Below, piece by piece: positions 1 to 9,766 of a DNA stretch of 64,000 nucleotides. The notes under the pieces were generated by a model. The model was given only the letters and a program-made list of their open reading frames with translations, ran no database searches and had not been told where the DNA came from. Origin of the DNA: Candidatus Saccharimonadota bacterium (GTDB taxonomy: Bacteria; Patescibacteriota; Saccharimonadia; Saccharimonadales; Saccharimonadaceae); the NCBI GenBank assembly GCA_009783305.1, contig WRHJ01000002.1:87097-151096 (forward strand), given 5' to 3'. Position 1 is the stretch's first letter. Each line of letters begins with the position of its first letter. The translations under genes were made by a program, and so were the position numbers.

Positions 1-93
1 GAAAAATTTTACCGCGTCGCCCGCAAAAACCCCAGTACTCTCTACAAATTTATCGCTGCCGTTGCCAAAATCAAACAGGCAGGCAGTTCATGA
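1..93 (+). CDS. 3' end of an upstream ORF (partial, product unknown)
   Basis: Frame 1 is open from the window edge (EKFYRVARKNPSTLYKFIAAVAKIKQAGSS*). Its TGA overlaps the ATG of the next gene (ATGA at 90-93). Confidence 0.3.
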   Translation, partial: EKFYRVARKNPSTLYKFIAAVAKIKQAGSS

Positions 94-1184
94 AAAAATT
101 CTTCATTACTCGCCGCTTCATCCTGCCTCCCACCCCTGCTGCTGACGTTCTTGTCCCTATTCTCTGCTCGTTTCTCGCCATAATTCTCGGTACTCTGTTG
201 TACCTAACTCTGCCATCCCAAACCTCCGATGTCGACTACGAAATCATCACCTACGAATATTATCCTCCAGAAGCCAATCTCGTCTCCATACTCACGCACT
301 CTAAAAAATCCGTCGCCGGGCGTATCACTCAGCACTCATCCACCTGGACCTTCAATAAAAGCTCCAAAACCCCCTATACCCTGGCCCAAATCTTTCGCGA
401 CCCCGCCATCCTCGGTGAACTTACCCCAAACCCCATCACCGCCGAAATCCTCCAAGACAGCTTTGCGATTGACCGCGCCAATCAAGAGCTAATCACCAGC
501 TTGGACGGTACCGAGCAGCGCATTAAATTCACCGACCTGCAAGGCCGTCTCAATTTCGAATTCTCCGAACCCATGTTCGGCGTCAACCCCTTTACCTATA
601 AAGACGCCGACCACGTTGACTGCACCGTCTCCAAATGTCTCGCTCTCACCTTCGACGACGGTCCCAGCGAACACACCGATCGACTCCTTGATATCTTGGC
701 CTATACTCATGCCAAAGCCACCTTTTTTGTACTCGGCCACCGCGTCAATGCCTTCGCTGGCCAAATCATCCGCGCAGCGCGCGAAGGACACGATATTGGC
801 AGCCACTCCTGGATTCATCGCAATCTCCCCCGTTTCCCGTACGCCACCATCCTCAACGACCTCACGGCCACCACTAACGCCATCCAACCCTTCTCTGGCC
901 AATTTGTCCGTTTCTTCCGCCCGCCCTACGGCAGCATCAATCGCAACGTCAATACCGCTGCTGCTGCCCTCAACCAGCAAGTTGTCCTCTGGACCGTAGA
1001 CCCATGGGATTGGCAAAATAAAGACGCCGCTTTCGTCTGCAACGACGTCATTGACCATGTCCGTCCCGGCAGCATAATTTTGCTCCACGATATCTATAGC
1101 ACAAGCGTCGACGCCGCCCAATGCATCATCAACCGCCTCTCCGAACAGTATACCTTCGTCAACCTCTCCACCCTATATAAATAG
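90..1184 (+). CDS. Membrane-anchored polysaccharide/peptidoglycan deacetylase (NodB homology domain)
   Basis: N-terminal TM segment followed by NodB motifs: LTFDDGP, HSWIH, RPPYG, LLHD. Confidence 0.85.
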   Translation: MKKFFITRRFILPPTPAADVLVPILCSFLAIILGTLLYLTLPSQTSDVDYEIITYEYYPPEANLVSILTHSKKSVAGRITQHSSTWTFNKSSKTPYTLAQIFRDPAILGELTPNPITAEILQDSFAIDRANQELITSLDGTEQRIKFTDLQGRLNFEFSEPMFGVNPFTYKDADHVDCTVSKCLALTFDDGPSEHTDRLLDILAYTHAKATFFVLGHRVNAFAGQIIRAAREGHDIGSHSWIHRNLPRFPYATILNDLTATTNAIQPFSGQFVRFFRPPYGSINRNVNTAAAALNQQVVLWTVDPWDWQNKDAAFVCNDVIDHVRPGSIILLHDIYSTSVDAAQCIINRLSEQYTFVNLSTLYK

Positions 1185-1203
1185 CAAAAACAAGATATAA
1201 GCA

Positions 1204-1232
1204 TTGACTTTTTAGCCAAAGTATGCTACAAT
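1204..1232 (+). promoter_or_regulatory. Sigma-70-like promoter
   Basis: TTGACT, 17 nt spacer, TACAAT. An SD (GAAAGGAAGGTG) and the ATG at 1300 lie downstream. Confidence 0.5.
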
Positions 1233-1299
1233 TAGCTTAGATGCCCACTCCTAGAGAGCGGGTGTACTTTTACAAAAGAGAAAGGAAGGTGATCCCTCT

Positions 1300-2508
1300 A
1301 TGACAAACAACTACTTGTCATACGGGAAACCCCGCGCAGAAATCGACATTATCGCACGCACCAACGCGATTTACCAAGATCTCATCTGCATCAGCGACAT
1401 TGACGGCGTTTATAACGCCACCAAGAGCCTGAAATTCTACGATTTGACCCTTACGGCCATAGTCGTACTTCAGCCCCTCTTCAAAGAATTCAACTTTTTG
1501 ACCGGTCGCTATGCACAACTATTCATGAACGACGGCATCCCTCGGCTCCGCGCCCTGGGCTGGAACTTCAACAAACCCTGTTCCGTTATTGCCGAAATGG
1601 GCGGTGTTTCTATTCGCCCCACCGATCGCATCTCTATACCAGAACATGATCTCGCCAAGATGATCATCGAAAAACCGGAAGACCTGATTGTCAACAGCGA
1701 CAAGTGGTGGGCAGCTACTGCCCACGCCCCCAAAATCACGCCGGCCGAACGTGCCGTCATCTACGTAGCCTATAAGCGCGTTTTGGAACGCTATGTTCAG
1801 TCTGGCAACCTGGAGCATCTCGGTATTTCCCGAGACGCCGACATTGACGCTTTGGCACCGAACATCTACGATCCCGAGTCTTTCAACTTTTTCAAAGGTA
1901 CGCTGACTACCAGTATCGTACCTCAAGAGTACAAAGACCTCGCCTTTGCCGTACACAAAATCATTGGCGCTGACGTCTCCGAAGAGATCAATCGCGACCT
2001 CGAACCCTACAATACCACTGCCGCCCGCAAATTGATTGCCGTCAACCATCTGGATTGCGTCGAAGTGCTGTTCGATAACATCGCCAAGCTGCCGACTACC
2101 CTCGACATCATTAGCAATTTTGAGGACTCAAGTTATACCGAGCTCAAAACTGTATTGACCATGGGCGACGCCTACAAGGATATCGATATGGCGCGCGCCG
2201 CCGTTCAGCTCCATAAGCAGTCGATTCATTTCCACTTTGGTCATGCCGCTGATTTCGAGAAAAACCTGCGCGAAGATGTTCGCGATGGCCTCACGGCCCC
2301 CGATTTCACAGTGTTATTCCCCGAATATGACGAATCTTGGACCTACAATCCCGGACTGACCTCTGTCAATACCACCGCCACCGCGCTGTGGTCGTTTATC
2401 AAGGTTATCCGCGAAAATGGACACGCCAGAAACTGGTTGGATCTGCTTCGCAAAATCAACAACGCCAAAGTCATCACAAAGGATGATGCCGCTATTCCTA
2501 CTCTTTGA
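1300..2508 (+). CDS. Hypothetical protein, possibly a very divergent HAD-like hydrolase
   Basis: Long ORF with promoter and SD. Weak HAD-like motifs: ISDIDGV (motif I-like) and TMGDAYKDIDM (motif IV-like). The function is not established. Confidence 0.6.
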   Translation: MTNNYLSYGKPRAEIDIIARTNAIYQDLICISDIDGVYNATKSLKFYDLTLTAIVVLQPLFKEFNFLTGRYAQLFMNDGIPRLRALGWNFNKPCSVIAEMGGVSIRPTDRISIPEHDLAKMIIEKPEDLIVNSDKWWAATAHAPKITPAERAVIYVAYKRVLERYVQSGNLEHLGISRDADIDALAPNIYDPESFNFFKGTLTTSIVPQEYKDLAFAVHKIIGADVSEEINRDLEPYNTTAARKLIAVNHLDCVEVLFDNIAKLPTTLDIISNFEDSSYTELKTVLTMGDAYKDIDMARAAVQLHKQSIHFHFGHAADFEKNLREDVRDGLTAPDFTVLFPEYDESWTYNPGLTSVNTTATALWSFIKVIRENGHARNWLDLLRKINNAKVITKDDAAIPTL

Positions 2509-2543
2509 GTACAAGGCGCCCGCAAGGGCGCTTTTAACTTGCC

Positions 2544-3758
2544 CTAAAATCCTACCGCTTTTTGGTAATCACTCCATGGCGCTATCTCCGGCAACACCAA
2601 CCCAATCTTTCGCGCCCGCTCATAGATTTTCTTCCTCTCCGCCAATACGTCATCCATTTTGTGCTTGTTCTCCAAATAATCCACCGTTCTCGCCACCGCA
2701 ATTCCAAAAGATTCCTTTGTCGGATCCGCCATTGGCGAGTTATATCTGTCCAATGTCGCGGCCTTCACCGAATCCATCACACTCTCCGACGCATTGCGCA
2801 CCGCCAGGCTGAAATTCTCCACCGGATTACCATTGCCATCCCGATACTCTGCCTTCAACATCGATATATCATTGCCGCCATCACCCATCGTAATCACCTC
2901 TTTCACATCAGGTAACGCCATATCTATCAATCGCTGGATCGTATCATGCTTCGTCCCCTTTATCACCTCCACCCAGTGAAATTTACCCGTCTTCTCACTC
3001 TGCATGTTCAACATGCACGGTATGCCTAGCCTCTGAAATTCATCATACGCCCTCTGCACTGCCTCAGGATTCGGACTCATCATCTGAATCTTATAATTTT
3101 GCCCAGGTATCGCCATCACCTCTTCCGCTGTCGCTTGTTTCGCCGACAGTCCAATTCGTCCCTCCTCATTGCGCACCGTATCTTTAATCCCCACCTCTTT
3201 CATCGCCGCCTCAGATTCTTCTGTAAAATTAGAAAAAAGATACTCTTTCCCCTCCAAATCCCGCTTATTTTGCATCCAAGTCAAACCATTTTGCTCCGCA
3301 ATTGCGAAAGCCTCATGCACCTGTTCATCCGGTATCACGCTCTCATAGATGTGCTCCCCGTCTCTGTTAAAAATCTCCGCTCCGTTGTTGATAATAATAA
3401 AAGGCAAATCCAATCGCTCCACAATCCCCCGTACCGACTCAAACCTCGCCCGCCCCGTCACTGGCACAAATGTTCCGCCTCCGTCCATAAATTCCCGCAA
3501 CCTATCTGCATTTTCCGGATCAATCCTCCCCGAATTATCCGTCAGCGTCCCATCAATATCCGTAAAAATTGCATCTCCCGCAAACACCTCTCGTTCCGTC
3601 TCCATCTCTTCATGCTCCACCGGTGACTGCGTCATTTTCTCTTTAACGTCATCAACCGCTTTCTTCGCCCGCTCCGAGTCAAACGGTGGATAATCCTCCA
3701 TCTTCAGTATTTTTCCCTTATTCTCATCTGGTGCCCCTAATCTCTCAAAATCCATCAT
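2544..3758 (-). CDS. HAD-IIB (Cof-type) phosphatase with N- and C-terminal extensions
   Basis: FTDIDGTLTD (motif I) and TMGDGGNDISML (motif IV). Start moved to the ATG at 3758, preceded by GGAGG. The track start at 3794 has no SD. Confidence 0.8.
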   Translation of the reverse strand: MMDFERLGAPDENKGKILKMEDYPPFDSERAKKAVDDVKEKMTQSPVEHEEMETEREVFAGDAIFTDIDGTLTDNSGRIDPENADRLREFMDGGGTFVPVTGRARFESVRGIVERLDLPFIIINNGAEIFNRDGEHIYESVIPDEQVHEAFAIAEQNGLTWMQNKRDLEGKEYLFSNFTEESEAAMKEVGIKDTVRNEEGRIGLSAKQATAEEVMAIPGQNYKIQMMSPNPEAVQRAYDEFQRLGIPCMLNMQSEKTGKFHWVEVIKGTKHDTIQRLIDMALPDVKEVITMGDGGNDISMLKAEYRDGNGNPVENFSLAVRNASESVMDSVKAATLDRYNSPMADPTKESFGIAVARTVDYLENKHKMDDVLAERKKIYERARKIGLVLPEIAPWSDYQKAVGF

Positions 3759-3801
3759 TTTCCTCCATCTTATAACCATTTTAACACAAAACACTTAAGC
3801 A

Positions 3802-3830
3802 TTGACATTTTACATCAAGTGTGCTATAAT
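3802..3830 (+). promoter_or_regulatory. Sigma-70 consensus promoter
   Basis: TTGACA, 17 nt spacer, TATAAT. Confidence 0.6.
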
Positions 3831-4018
3831 GGAGAAATAAGGTTATATCCTATCAACAGAGGTAGACCCTAAGCAATTTAAGATGTTTTTATGCTTTTTT
3901 GTCAACAGATAGAGAGCGCTTTCAGGGTATGATGGCAATCACCCCCATGATACCCCGTAAGCGCTCCCTATGGCCCCGATCTCGGAGAGAGAGTAGCCCT
4001 ACTATAGAGGTGATTCCT

Positions 4019-5014
4019 ATGAAGACCTATCTGCTCGGACACGATGCCCATGGTGATGCTCGACTTTTACCATCTGCCCCGTCGGATTGCGAAAGGATTA
4101 TTATAGCCGGAGATATGGTCGCCAATCGTCCGTCAATCTCGGTCGATCCAGACTCATGGTTTCAAATTGTCAAATATTATTTTGGCATGGGCAGCAAACA
4201 AGGCGCACTTGGCAATGGTTTCCTCTCGTCCGCACACGCCGAAGCCGGCATGCAGGTCGCTCTCCGCGACATCTGCGGCGACGCCCAGTACCAAAGGATA
4301 TCGAAATGGGTCAATATTGCCACTATTCGTGGACGATCCCCATCACCATATCCACGACCCAAACACAACGGTGTTTACTTCTCGTGGTTAGCCAAACAAG
4401 CCCCAAATCTTCGTAGCTGGATTCATAGTCAAGTTGCGGATAGCAACTCAGAAATGGTCGATAAGATGGTTCAACAATGGCAAAATGCTCAAATTATACT
4501 CATCAAAGGTAATGGCGAGTATGGGTCCATGCTCGGATATGCCGTAGACGATCCGCATAATTGGAATCAAGAAGTGTTGGCCGATTGCGACCCTCTTATA
4601 GAACCATTTTTGCAGTACGCCAAGTGTTATGGCTGGACCATTGTAGATGACAAGCCGCTCAAGCTTGACGATATCGACGCTACTCTCCTTGGAGAGGGTT
4701 GGTTTCGTTGGGCCAAAACCATGCTGGAAGCCGACCAGATCGACTGTATTATCGACAGTATCCCGACCGCCAGCAGGTTGATTACGCATTATCCGCCGCT
4801 GTTCGACCCAAAATGGTACAAAGATGTCAAAAATTCTCCAAATCTGCCAAATCAAATAACACAAGACTTTGGTAAAATCGTCGATCTTATTCTGGACCTA
4901 ATGGACTTTACTCAACTAACTTGTGCTCATTTGCACAACAGGCACGACGTGGAAGAATATTATCTATCCACAGATATCCGCATTATGGGCTTAGGCTCCA
5001 TCTGCAGCATCTAA
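4019..5014 (+). CDS. Hypothetical protein, degenerate calcineurin-like metallophosphoesterase pattern
   Basis: Start set at MKTYLLG (ATG 4019) behind GAGGTG. Motif-like strings: LLGHDAHGD, IIAGDMV, IKGNGE, CAHLHNRHD. Confidence 0.5.
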   Translation: MKTYLLGHDAHGDARLLPSAPSDCERIIIAGDMVANRPSISVDPDSWFQIVKYYFGMGSKQGALGNGFLSSAHAEAGMQVALRDICGDAQYQRISKWVNIATIRGRSPSPYPRPKHNGVYFSWLAKQAPNLRSWIHSQVADSNSEMVDKMVQQWQNAQIILIKGNGEYGSMLGYAVDDPHNWNQEVLADCDPLIEPFLQYAKCYGWTIVDDKPLKLDDIDATLLGEGWFRWAKTMLEADQIDCIIDSIPTASRLITHYPPLFDPKWYKDVKNSPNLPNQITQDFGKIVDLILDLMDFTQLTCAHLHNRHDVEEYYLSTDIRIMGLGSICSI

Positions 5015-5057
5015 ACATCCCGCCCCAAGTTAACTTGGGGCATTTTTCTTCCCATGC

Positions 5058-5063
5058 TAAACT
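5058..5063 (+). promoter_or_regulatory. -10-like box 6 nt upstream of the ATG (leaderless candidate)
   Basis: TAAACT, 6 nt, then ATG at 5070. No SD. Confidence 0.3.
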
Positions 5064-5069
5064 TTACAT

Positions 5070-6119
5070 ATGGAAAAAGACACTTTCGATTACGAATCAA
5101 CCTCGCCAGACAGAATCGAGCAATGCCACGCGCTGCTAGACAACTGGCTAGATCAATTCCAAGAACAATCATCAACTGAACCACTTGAACAGTCCAAATT
5201 TCTCCTCATGGAAAACCATCTCCGCGCCGTCGTTGACAATATGGAAACCCTCGCCGACATCGCCGAAGTCAGCGAAGAGGACAAGGCCATCGCTGTCTTT
5301 ATTGCCACCATGCATGACAAATCTCGTCTTACCCAAGCTCTCATCGGCGACGAAGATAGCAAGGATCAAATCAATGGTCGTCCCCATGCCGCTATGAGCG
5401 CCATCCAGGCTCTCGGCAAGGGCAAAGCACACGAAATGTTGCAAGATAAGCTTTGGGGTCTTTCAGAAGACGACGCTCGCTGGGAGACCATCATGAACGG
5501 CGTAGGGCAGGGCATTGCCTATGAATTATTCCCTGATTTAACCGAAGGCGACGAAACTTGGGGCTGCCTTTTCCACGGCATATCCTTGCATATGTATCCC
5601 AAAGACGGCGTCGAGTTGTCAGATCTAGACTATCTTACGGACCGCGAAAGATTCTTTCTCGACCTCACCGTCAACGCCGATGCCGCCGCTAACTTGTCGC
5701 ACAAGTTTACCGACCCGGATCTCACCGAGCACCTCATGATCGTCAACGGGCACACCTTAGACGAACTCATCAATTCTCAAATTTCCCCAGACGTGCTCCG
5801 GCACGCCCTCGAAAAAAATGCCCCCATCGATTACAAAATCATTACCCATGACAACCGTAATCAAAACGCTGCCGATTGGTTCGTAGCCTGGATGTTGCAC
5901 GTCCACGGTGTCACTAGCCCCGATGTCGCCGCCGCCTTGCTCGACAAGGGCAGTCTAGCCACTATGGCAGAAATCGTCGACTATACCGACGCCGACACCC
6001 GCGCCCAAATGCAACAAGTATCTGCCAAATGTATCGCCCATCTCGAAAAAGTCAAAGCTCAAAAATACCCAGAAGAGTTCCCCTCAAGCTTTAACGCCCC
6101 GCTTCCTCAATCTGCCTAA
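5070..6119 (+). CDS. Hypothetical acidic protein (possible HD-type phosphohydrolase fold)
   Basis: Long ORF with codon usage like its neighbours. Only a weak H...HD-like string (FIATMHDKSR). Confidence 0.5.
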   Translation: MEKDTFDYESTSPDRIEQCHALLDNWLDQFQEQSSTEPLEQSKFLLMENHLRAVVDNMETLADIAEVSEEDKAIAVFIATMHDKSRLTQALIGDEDSKDQINGRPHAAMSAIQALGKGKAHEMLQDKLWGLSEDDARWETIMNGVGQGIAYELFPDLTEGDETWGCLFHGISLHMYPKDGVELSDLDYLTDRERFFLDLTVNADAAANLSHKFTDPDLTEHLMIVNGHTLDELINSQISPDVLRHALEKNAPIDYKIITHDNRNQNAADWFVAWMLHVHGVTSPDVAAALLDKGSLATMAEIVDYTDADTRAQMQQVSAKCIAHLEKVKAQKYPEEFPSSFNAPLPQSA

Positions 6120-6443
6120 TTTCTTTTTCGAACAATTCTCGCACCTAAACTGCGGATGCTTATCTTTTAATCGATCATAATTACTCGTCTTTACCAACCT
6201 GTAACCCTTTGCCACTTTCCCGCAGTCTTCGCACTTCACTTCATCTCTGATTTCCCACAGCGGGATCTTGTAATCTACCTTAAAAATAAATCTATCCACC
6301 CAAAAGAAAATCAAACCGCCAATCAGATTTGCAATCACCGTTGCCCACGTCACGTTCCAGTCGTTCAGCCATAACAGCACCACCGCCAAAATCGGCGTTG
6401 ATAACTGCCATCTAAAAAGATAAAACAAATATTTCTTGACCAC
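6084..6443 (-). CDS. Small membrane protein with a C-terminal CxxC...CxxC zinc ribbon
   Basis: Two or three TM segments followed by CEDCGK...CENCSKK. The GTG start overlaps the TAG of the upstream gene by 1 nt. Confidence 0.6.
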   Translation of the reverse strand: MVKKYLFYLFRWQLSTPILAVVLLWLNDWNVTWATVIANLIGGLIFFWVDRFIFKVDYKIPLWEIRDEVKCEDCGKVAKGYRLVKTSNYDRLKDKHPQFRCENCSKKKLGRLRKRGVKA

Positions 6444-7216
6444 TAGCGGGACTTCTTCTTGCCCTTTTTCGCTCGGCTCTTCTTCACAATTACTCCAGAT
6501 TGATCTATCGCTTTCGGCGACAATTGTCGTCGCATTGCTTTGCCAAACACCATATTGCTGCGCGTATTCTCGGCTTCTTGTTTTCGCTTACGTGCTGCCG
6601 CGATAAAGAAGATGAAGAACACAACTACCCCAAACAATAATCCGCTCAACAACACTCCAAACGTCTGTACCGCATATCCCCCGATATACAAATATCCGCC
6701 ATTTGCGCCAGTATCCGGCGGTTCAGGCGGTAACGGCAACGACCTATAATCAATAAACACGGGCAGAGTCACATTTGGTCCAATGCTTTCTACGCCGTCC
6801 AGCTTCACTGCCAATTCATACAAACCTAATCCATCCGGCAAATCTACCTGCGCTACAAATTCCGCATAAGTCGGTTCAATCTTATTGTAAGACCACAATA
6901 CGTTTCCATGCTGATCTTCAATCGTCACCAGACCAACACCCTCCACGCCCACGATCATGGGCACTCGTGAGTTATAGGTTACAAACGGGTCCGCCGTCGT
7001 ACCAGAACCGGGCAACGGCTGTTCCGGCACAAACTTGGCAACACAGTCGCACTCCGTTATTGGTTGGATGGTAACTTGCTGCCACGCTGCATTAGCGTTG
7101 GCTGTGCCATTTGCTACTGCAATGCCCACCAAAATATACATTGCCACGCCCAGTGCAAACGCAATCAAAGAAACCGCAATCGCCTTTATCCAATAACGAT
7201 TAGTTGCTGTTCGCAT
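6443..7216 (-). CDS. Bitopic surface protein with a PPDTG motif + TM + basic tail (sorting-signal-like)
   Basis: N-terminal TM, then a beta-rich ectodomain. The C-terminal region reads LPPEPPDTG followed by a hydrophobic stretch and RKRKQ.... Confidence 0.65.
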   Translation of the reverse strand: MRTATNRYWIKAIAVSLIAFALGVAMYILVGIAVANGTANANAAWQQVTIQPITECDCVAKFVPEQPLPGSGTTADPFVTYNSRVPMIVGVEGVGLVTIEDQHGNVLWSYNKIEPTYAEFVAQVDLPDGLGLYELAVKLDGVESIGPNVTLPVFIDYRSLPLPPEPPDTGANGGYLYIGGYAVQTFGVLLSGLLFGVVVFFIFFIAAARKRKQEAENTRSNMVFGKAMRRQLSPKAIDQSGVIVKKSRAKKGKKKSR

Positions 7217-7218
7217 GT

Positions 7219-8193
7219 CTACTTCCCTCCAGCTCTCTTCATTTTCTTTTTCTTGCGGTCATGCACAATCGTAAAAATGACTACTGCAATACACAATAAG
7301 ATTACTATAACCAACCAAATCGGGATAATAAAAGTCCACTTCTCAATCTCATAAGTTTCGCCCAAGGCCGTCACTGTCTGCTTAGTCTTGTAAATGCCCA
7401 TACCAGCATCAATCCAGCTGTCTGACGTTTTGCGCTTAGACTCGGCAGCAACAATTCTGTCCTGGGGCTCTGCATCTTCGTATACCAAACTGCCAAAAAT
7501 GTTATAAACCTCAATTTTCACGCTAGCGTGAAAATTCAACCGCCCGCAGTTTTCAATCTCTACCGTTGTCTTCAACGGTCCTTCGAATAACCAAAACGGT
7601 ATTGATTGATTTATCACCTTAGCGCAAGCATCACCCTCGCCCCCTGTCGCCCCCGTCGCATTTGTACCAAAAATATTCACGCCAATTGAACGAATTGCCT
7701 GCACGCTGCCCTCGTCGTCGCGATATTCTTGAAAAAACATATTCATGTATTGTTCGCCAAACGGCGCATTGCTAGGCGTTTTGGTTGAAAATTTTACATA
7801 ACACTCTTCCTTCACGCGCATATGTACAAATATGGCTCCATCTTCCACTCTTGTAACTTCACAACCTGGCTCCAGTGTAATTGTGGTCCAATCCACAATC
7901 TCATTGCGCGGCGTGCCAAGCATCGTTGTCTCACTCGAAAATTCCAATGGCGCAATACCAATTTTCAAATCCGTTTCCTGGCTGCCCACGTTGCGCACTC
8001 GGAACCTCTCGCCCGTAGTCGATCCTGGCGTCAAATTGAACTCTACATAGGCCGGGCTAATCGCAATCTGAAATTCCTCTCCCTGAAGTTCAATATTGTC
8101 ATTTATAACGGCTGCAACATCTCCAACCGGCAGAACCAAAGCTCCAATTACACCCACAATACCAATTCCGGCAAGCGCTCGCACAAACTTCAT
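7219..8193 (-). CDS. CscA-like cell-surface protein (DUF916/DUF3324-shaped)
   Basis: Signal peptide, an EFNLTPGSTTGERFRVRNVGSQETDLKIGI pattern, and a C-terminal TM plus KKKK tail. Size, topology and neighbourhood match the accessory protein of WxL loci. Confidence 0.55.
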   Translation of the reverse strand: MKFVRALAGIGIVGVIGALVLPVGDVAAVINDNIELQGEEFQIAISPAYVEFNLTPGSTTGERFRVRNVGSQETDLKIGIAPLEFSSETTMLGTPRNEIVDWTTITLEPGCEVTRVEDGAIFVHMRVKEECYVKFSTKTPSNAPFGEQYMNMFFQEYRDDEGSVQAIRSIGVNIFGTNATGATGGEGDACAKVINQSIPFWLFEGPLKTTVEIENCGRLNFHASVKIEVYNIFGSLVYEDAEPQDRIVAAESKRKTSDSWIDAGMGIYKTKQTVTALGETYEIEKWTFIIPIWLVIVILLCIAVVIFTIVHDRKKKKMKRAGGK

Positions 8194-8260
8194 AAAATAT
8201 TAACCTCTCTTTTTGTTGTTACTGCCCAAATTATAATGGTTATGCCAGTAGTCGTCAACC

Positions 8261-8288
8261 AAAATAACCTCCCGAAGGAGGCCATTTT
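8261..8288 (-). terminator. Intrinsic terminator after the 8310..8927 gene
   Basis: CCTCC-cgaa-GGAGG hairpin followed by a T-run on the minus strand. Confidence 0.5.
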
Positions 8289-8309
8289 GCATAAGGCGTT
8301 TCTTAAACC

Positions 8310-8927
8310 TTAAGGGCTAACAGCCGCAGATAGCAGGTAGTAGATCGTACCATAGAACTCGTTCGCACCTAACGTACCGTCGGTAGAAGCCGAGTAGGTT
8401 GGGGTAATCACTATACCACTAGTAGCAGTACCAGTAGCAATAGTCGAGAGTGTGGTAGCCAGCGCATAGCTTCCAGCCATTGAGCCGCCAGAACCACCCG
8501 TCACCGCAAGAGCAGCGCTCCATGTGTTAGCTGTACCGGCCGTAGCAACCCCAGTGCTTCTATATTCATAGCCAGTGGAACTAGTTCCGGTCGTGAAACC
8601 AGTCGAACCAAGCGTCGTGCCAGTAGCGCCAGTCGTAGACTCAGCACCAACCGCACCAGTCACAGCCTGCCACTCAAGCTCCCAAGCCTCCGTTGATTTA
8701 ACGGTCAGAGTGCTAGCGCTCCAATCGTCATTAGTTGTCAGTGACGGAGTGAGCAAGGCATTGCCGCCAGTACCGCCAAGAATCAACTCTTCATCCGGTG
8801 TAACCGTTACCTGATGCCAAGCCGGAGCAGGATCGCCAGGATCAGCAAAGGTCGGTACCGCAAGAATTGCGAAAGAGCCAACAATCGTTGCCACACCCAA
8901 AGCGCCAGCAATTATCTTCTTTGACAT
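8310..8927 (-). CDS. Small secreted WxL-like protein (paralog A)
   Basis: Signal peptide, TEAWELEWQAVTG, Gly/Thr-rich middle, C-terminus FYGTIYYLLSAAVSP. Clear paralog of 9006..9614. Confidence 0.55.
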   Translation of the reverse strand: MSKKIIAGALGVATIVGSFAILAVPTFADPGDPAPAWHQVTVTPDEELILGGTGGNALLTPSLTTNDDWSASTLTVKSTEAWELEWQAVTGAVGAESTTGATGTTLGSTGFTTGTSSTGYEYRSTGVATAGTANTWSAALAVTGGSGGSMAGSYALATTLSTIATGTATSGIVITPTYSASTDGTLGANEFYGTIYYLLSAAVSP

Positions 8928-8970
8928 ATTTTCCTTTCTAAATTTTTATTTTTTTGTTAGTACACGTTCC

Positions 8971-8998
8971 ATTATACACGTAAAAATGCTAATGTCAA
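8971..8998 (-). promoter_or_regulatory. Promoter of WxL-like paralog A
   Basis: Minus strand: TTGACA, 16 nt spacer, TATAAT. The -10 lies within a block shared with paralog B (TTTTTACGTGTAYAATGG). Confidence 0.55.
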
Positions 8999-9005
8999 TA
9001 CTGAT

Positions 9006-9614
9006 TTACGGTGCTGCGTTGTTGGACAATACGTAATAAATTGTGCCATAGTAAGATGTCATGCCCAGCGCACCGCTCGTACTAGCCGAATAAGTTGGCG
9101 TTACTGTCGCCACTACCGTCGGACTGCCCATTGCTACAGTCGACAGGGAAGTCGTCAACGTCGGCGTGGGTGCCAGAGAGCCCCCAGATGCTGCCAGCAC
9201 TGCACCCCACTGATCACCAGCGCTAGCCGTAGTTTGCGGACCAGCATAAGTGTAGCCTCCGCCGCCAGTAAACCCGCTCGTACCCAGATTTGTACCACCA
9301 GCGCCCACGATAGACGTAGCGCCCAAATTCCCAGTCACAGCTTGCCATTGCAATTTCCAAGTCACCGTGGACTTAATACTCATAGCCGCCGATTTTGAAT
9401 CGATAGCAGAGATCGTCGGATTAAGCGTTACATTAGTATTAACAGTACCACCCAAAATTATTTCATCCTCCGCCACCAAATTCACCTCGTGATCATCATA
9501 CGCATCTGCAAAAACCGGCGCCATCCAAACCGCACCGCCAATAATCACGGCTGCACCCAAAACACTAACAGTCGCCGCCTTTGATACCCCCCCTCTTTTT
9601 CTTTCGCTAATCAT
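9006..9614 (-). CDS. Small secreted WxL-like protein (paralog B)
   Basis: Signal anchor, TVTWKLQWQAVTG, C-terminus YYGTIYYVLSNNAAP. Confidence 0.55.
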   Translation of the reverse strand: MISERKRGGVSKAATVSVLGAAVIIGGAVWMAPVFADAYDDHEVNLVAEDEIILGGTVNTNVTLNPTISAIDSKSAAMSIKSTVTWKLQWQAVTGNLGATSIVGAGGTNLGTSGFTGGGGYTYAGPQTTASAGDQWGAVLAASGGSLAPTPTLTTSLSTVAMGSPTVVATVTPTYSASTSGALGMTSYYGTIYYVLSNNAAP

Positions 9615-9632
9615 AACTGTTTTATATCAACC

Positions 9633-9661
9633 ATTGTACACGTAAAAAACATTATATCAAA
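9633..9661 (-). promoter_or_regulatory. Promoter of WxL-like paralog B
   Basis: Minus strand: TTTGAT, 17 nt spacer, TACAAT, inside the conserved block TTTTTACGTGTACAATGG. Confidence 0.45.
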
Positions 9662-9766
9662 CCCATTTGACACTACAATTCTGTTGCATTTTGGTATAGC
9701 AAAACGAAAGCGCTTTAGGTATAATAAAAACATGTAAAAAAGGACGGTATTTAAAGATATAAATCT

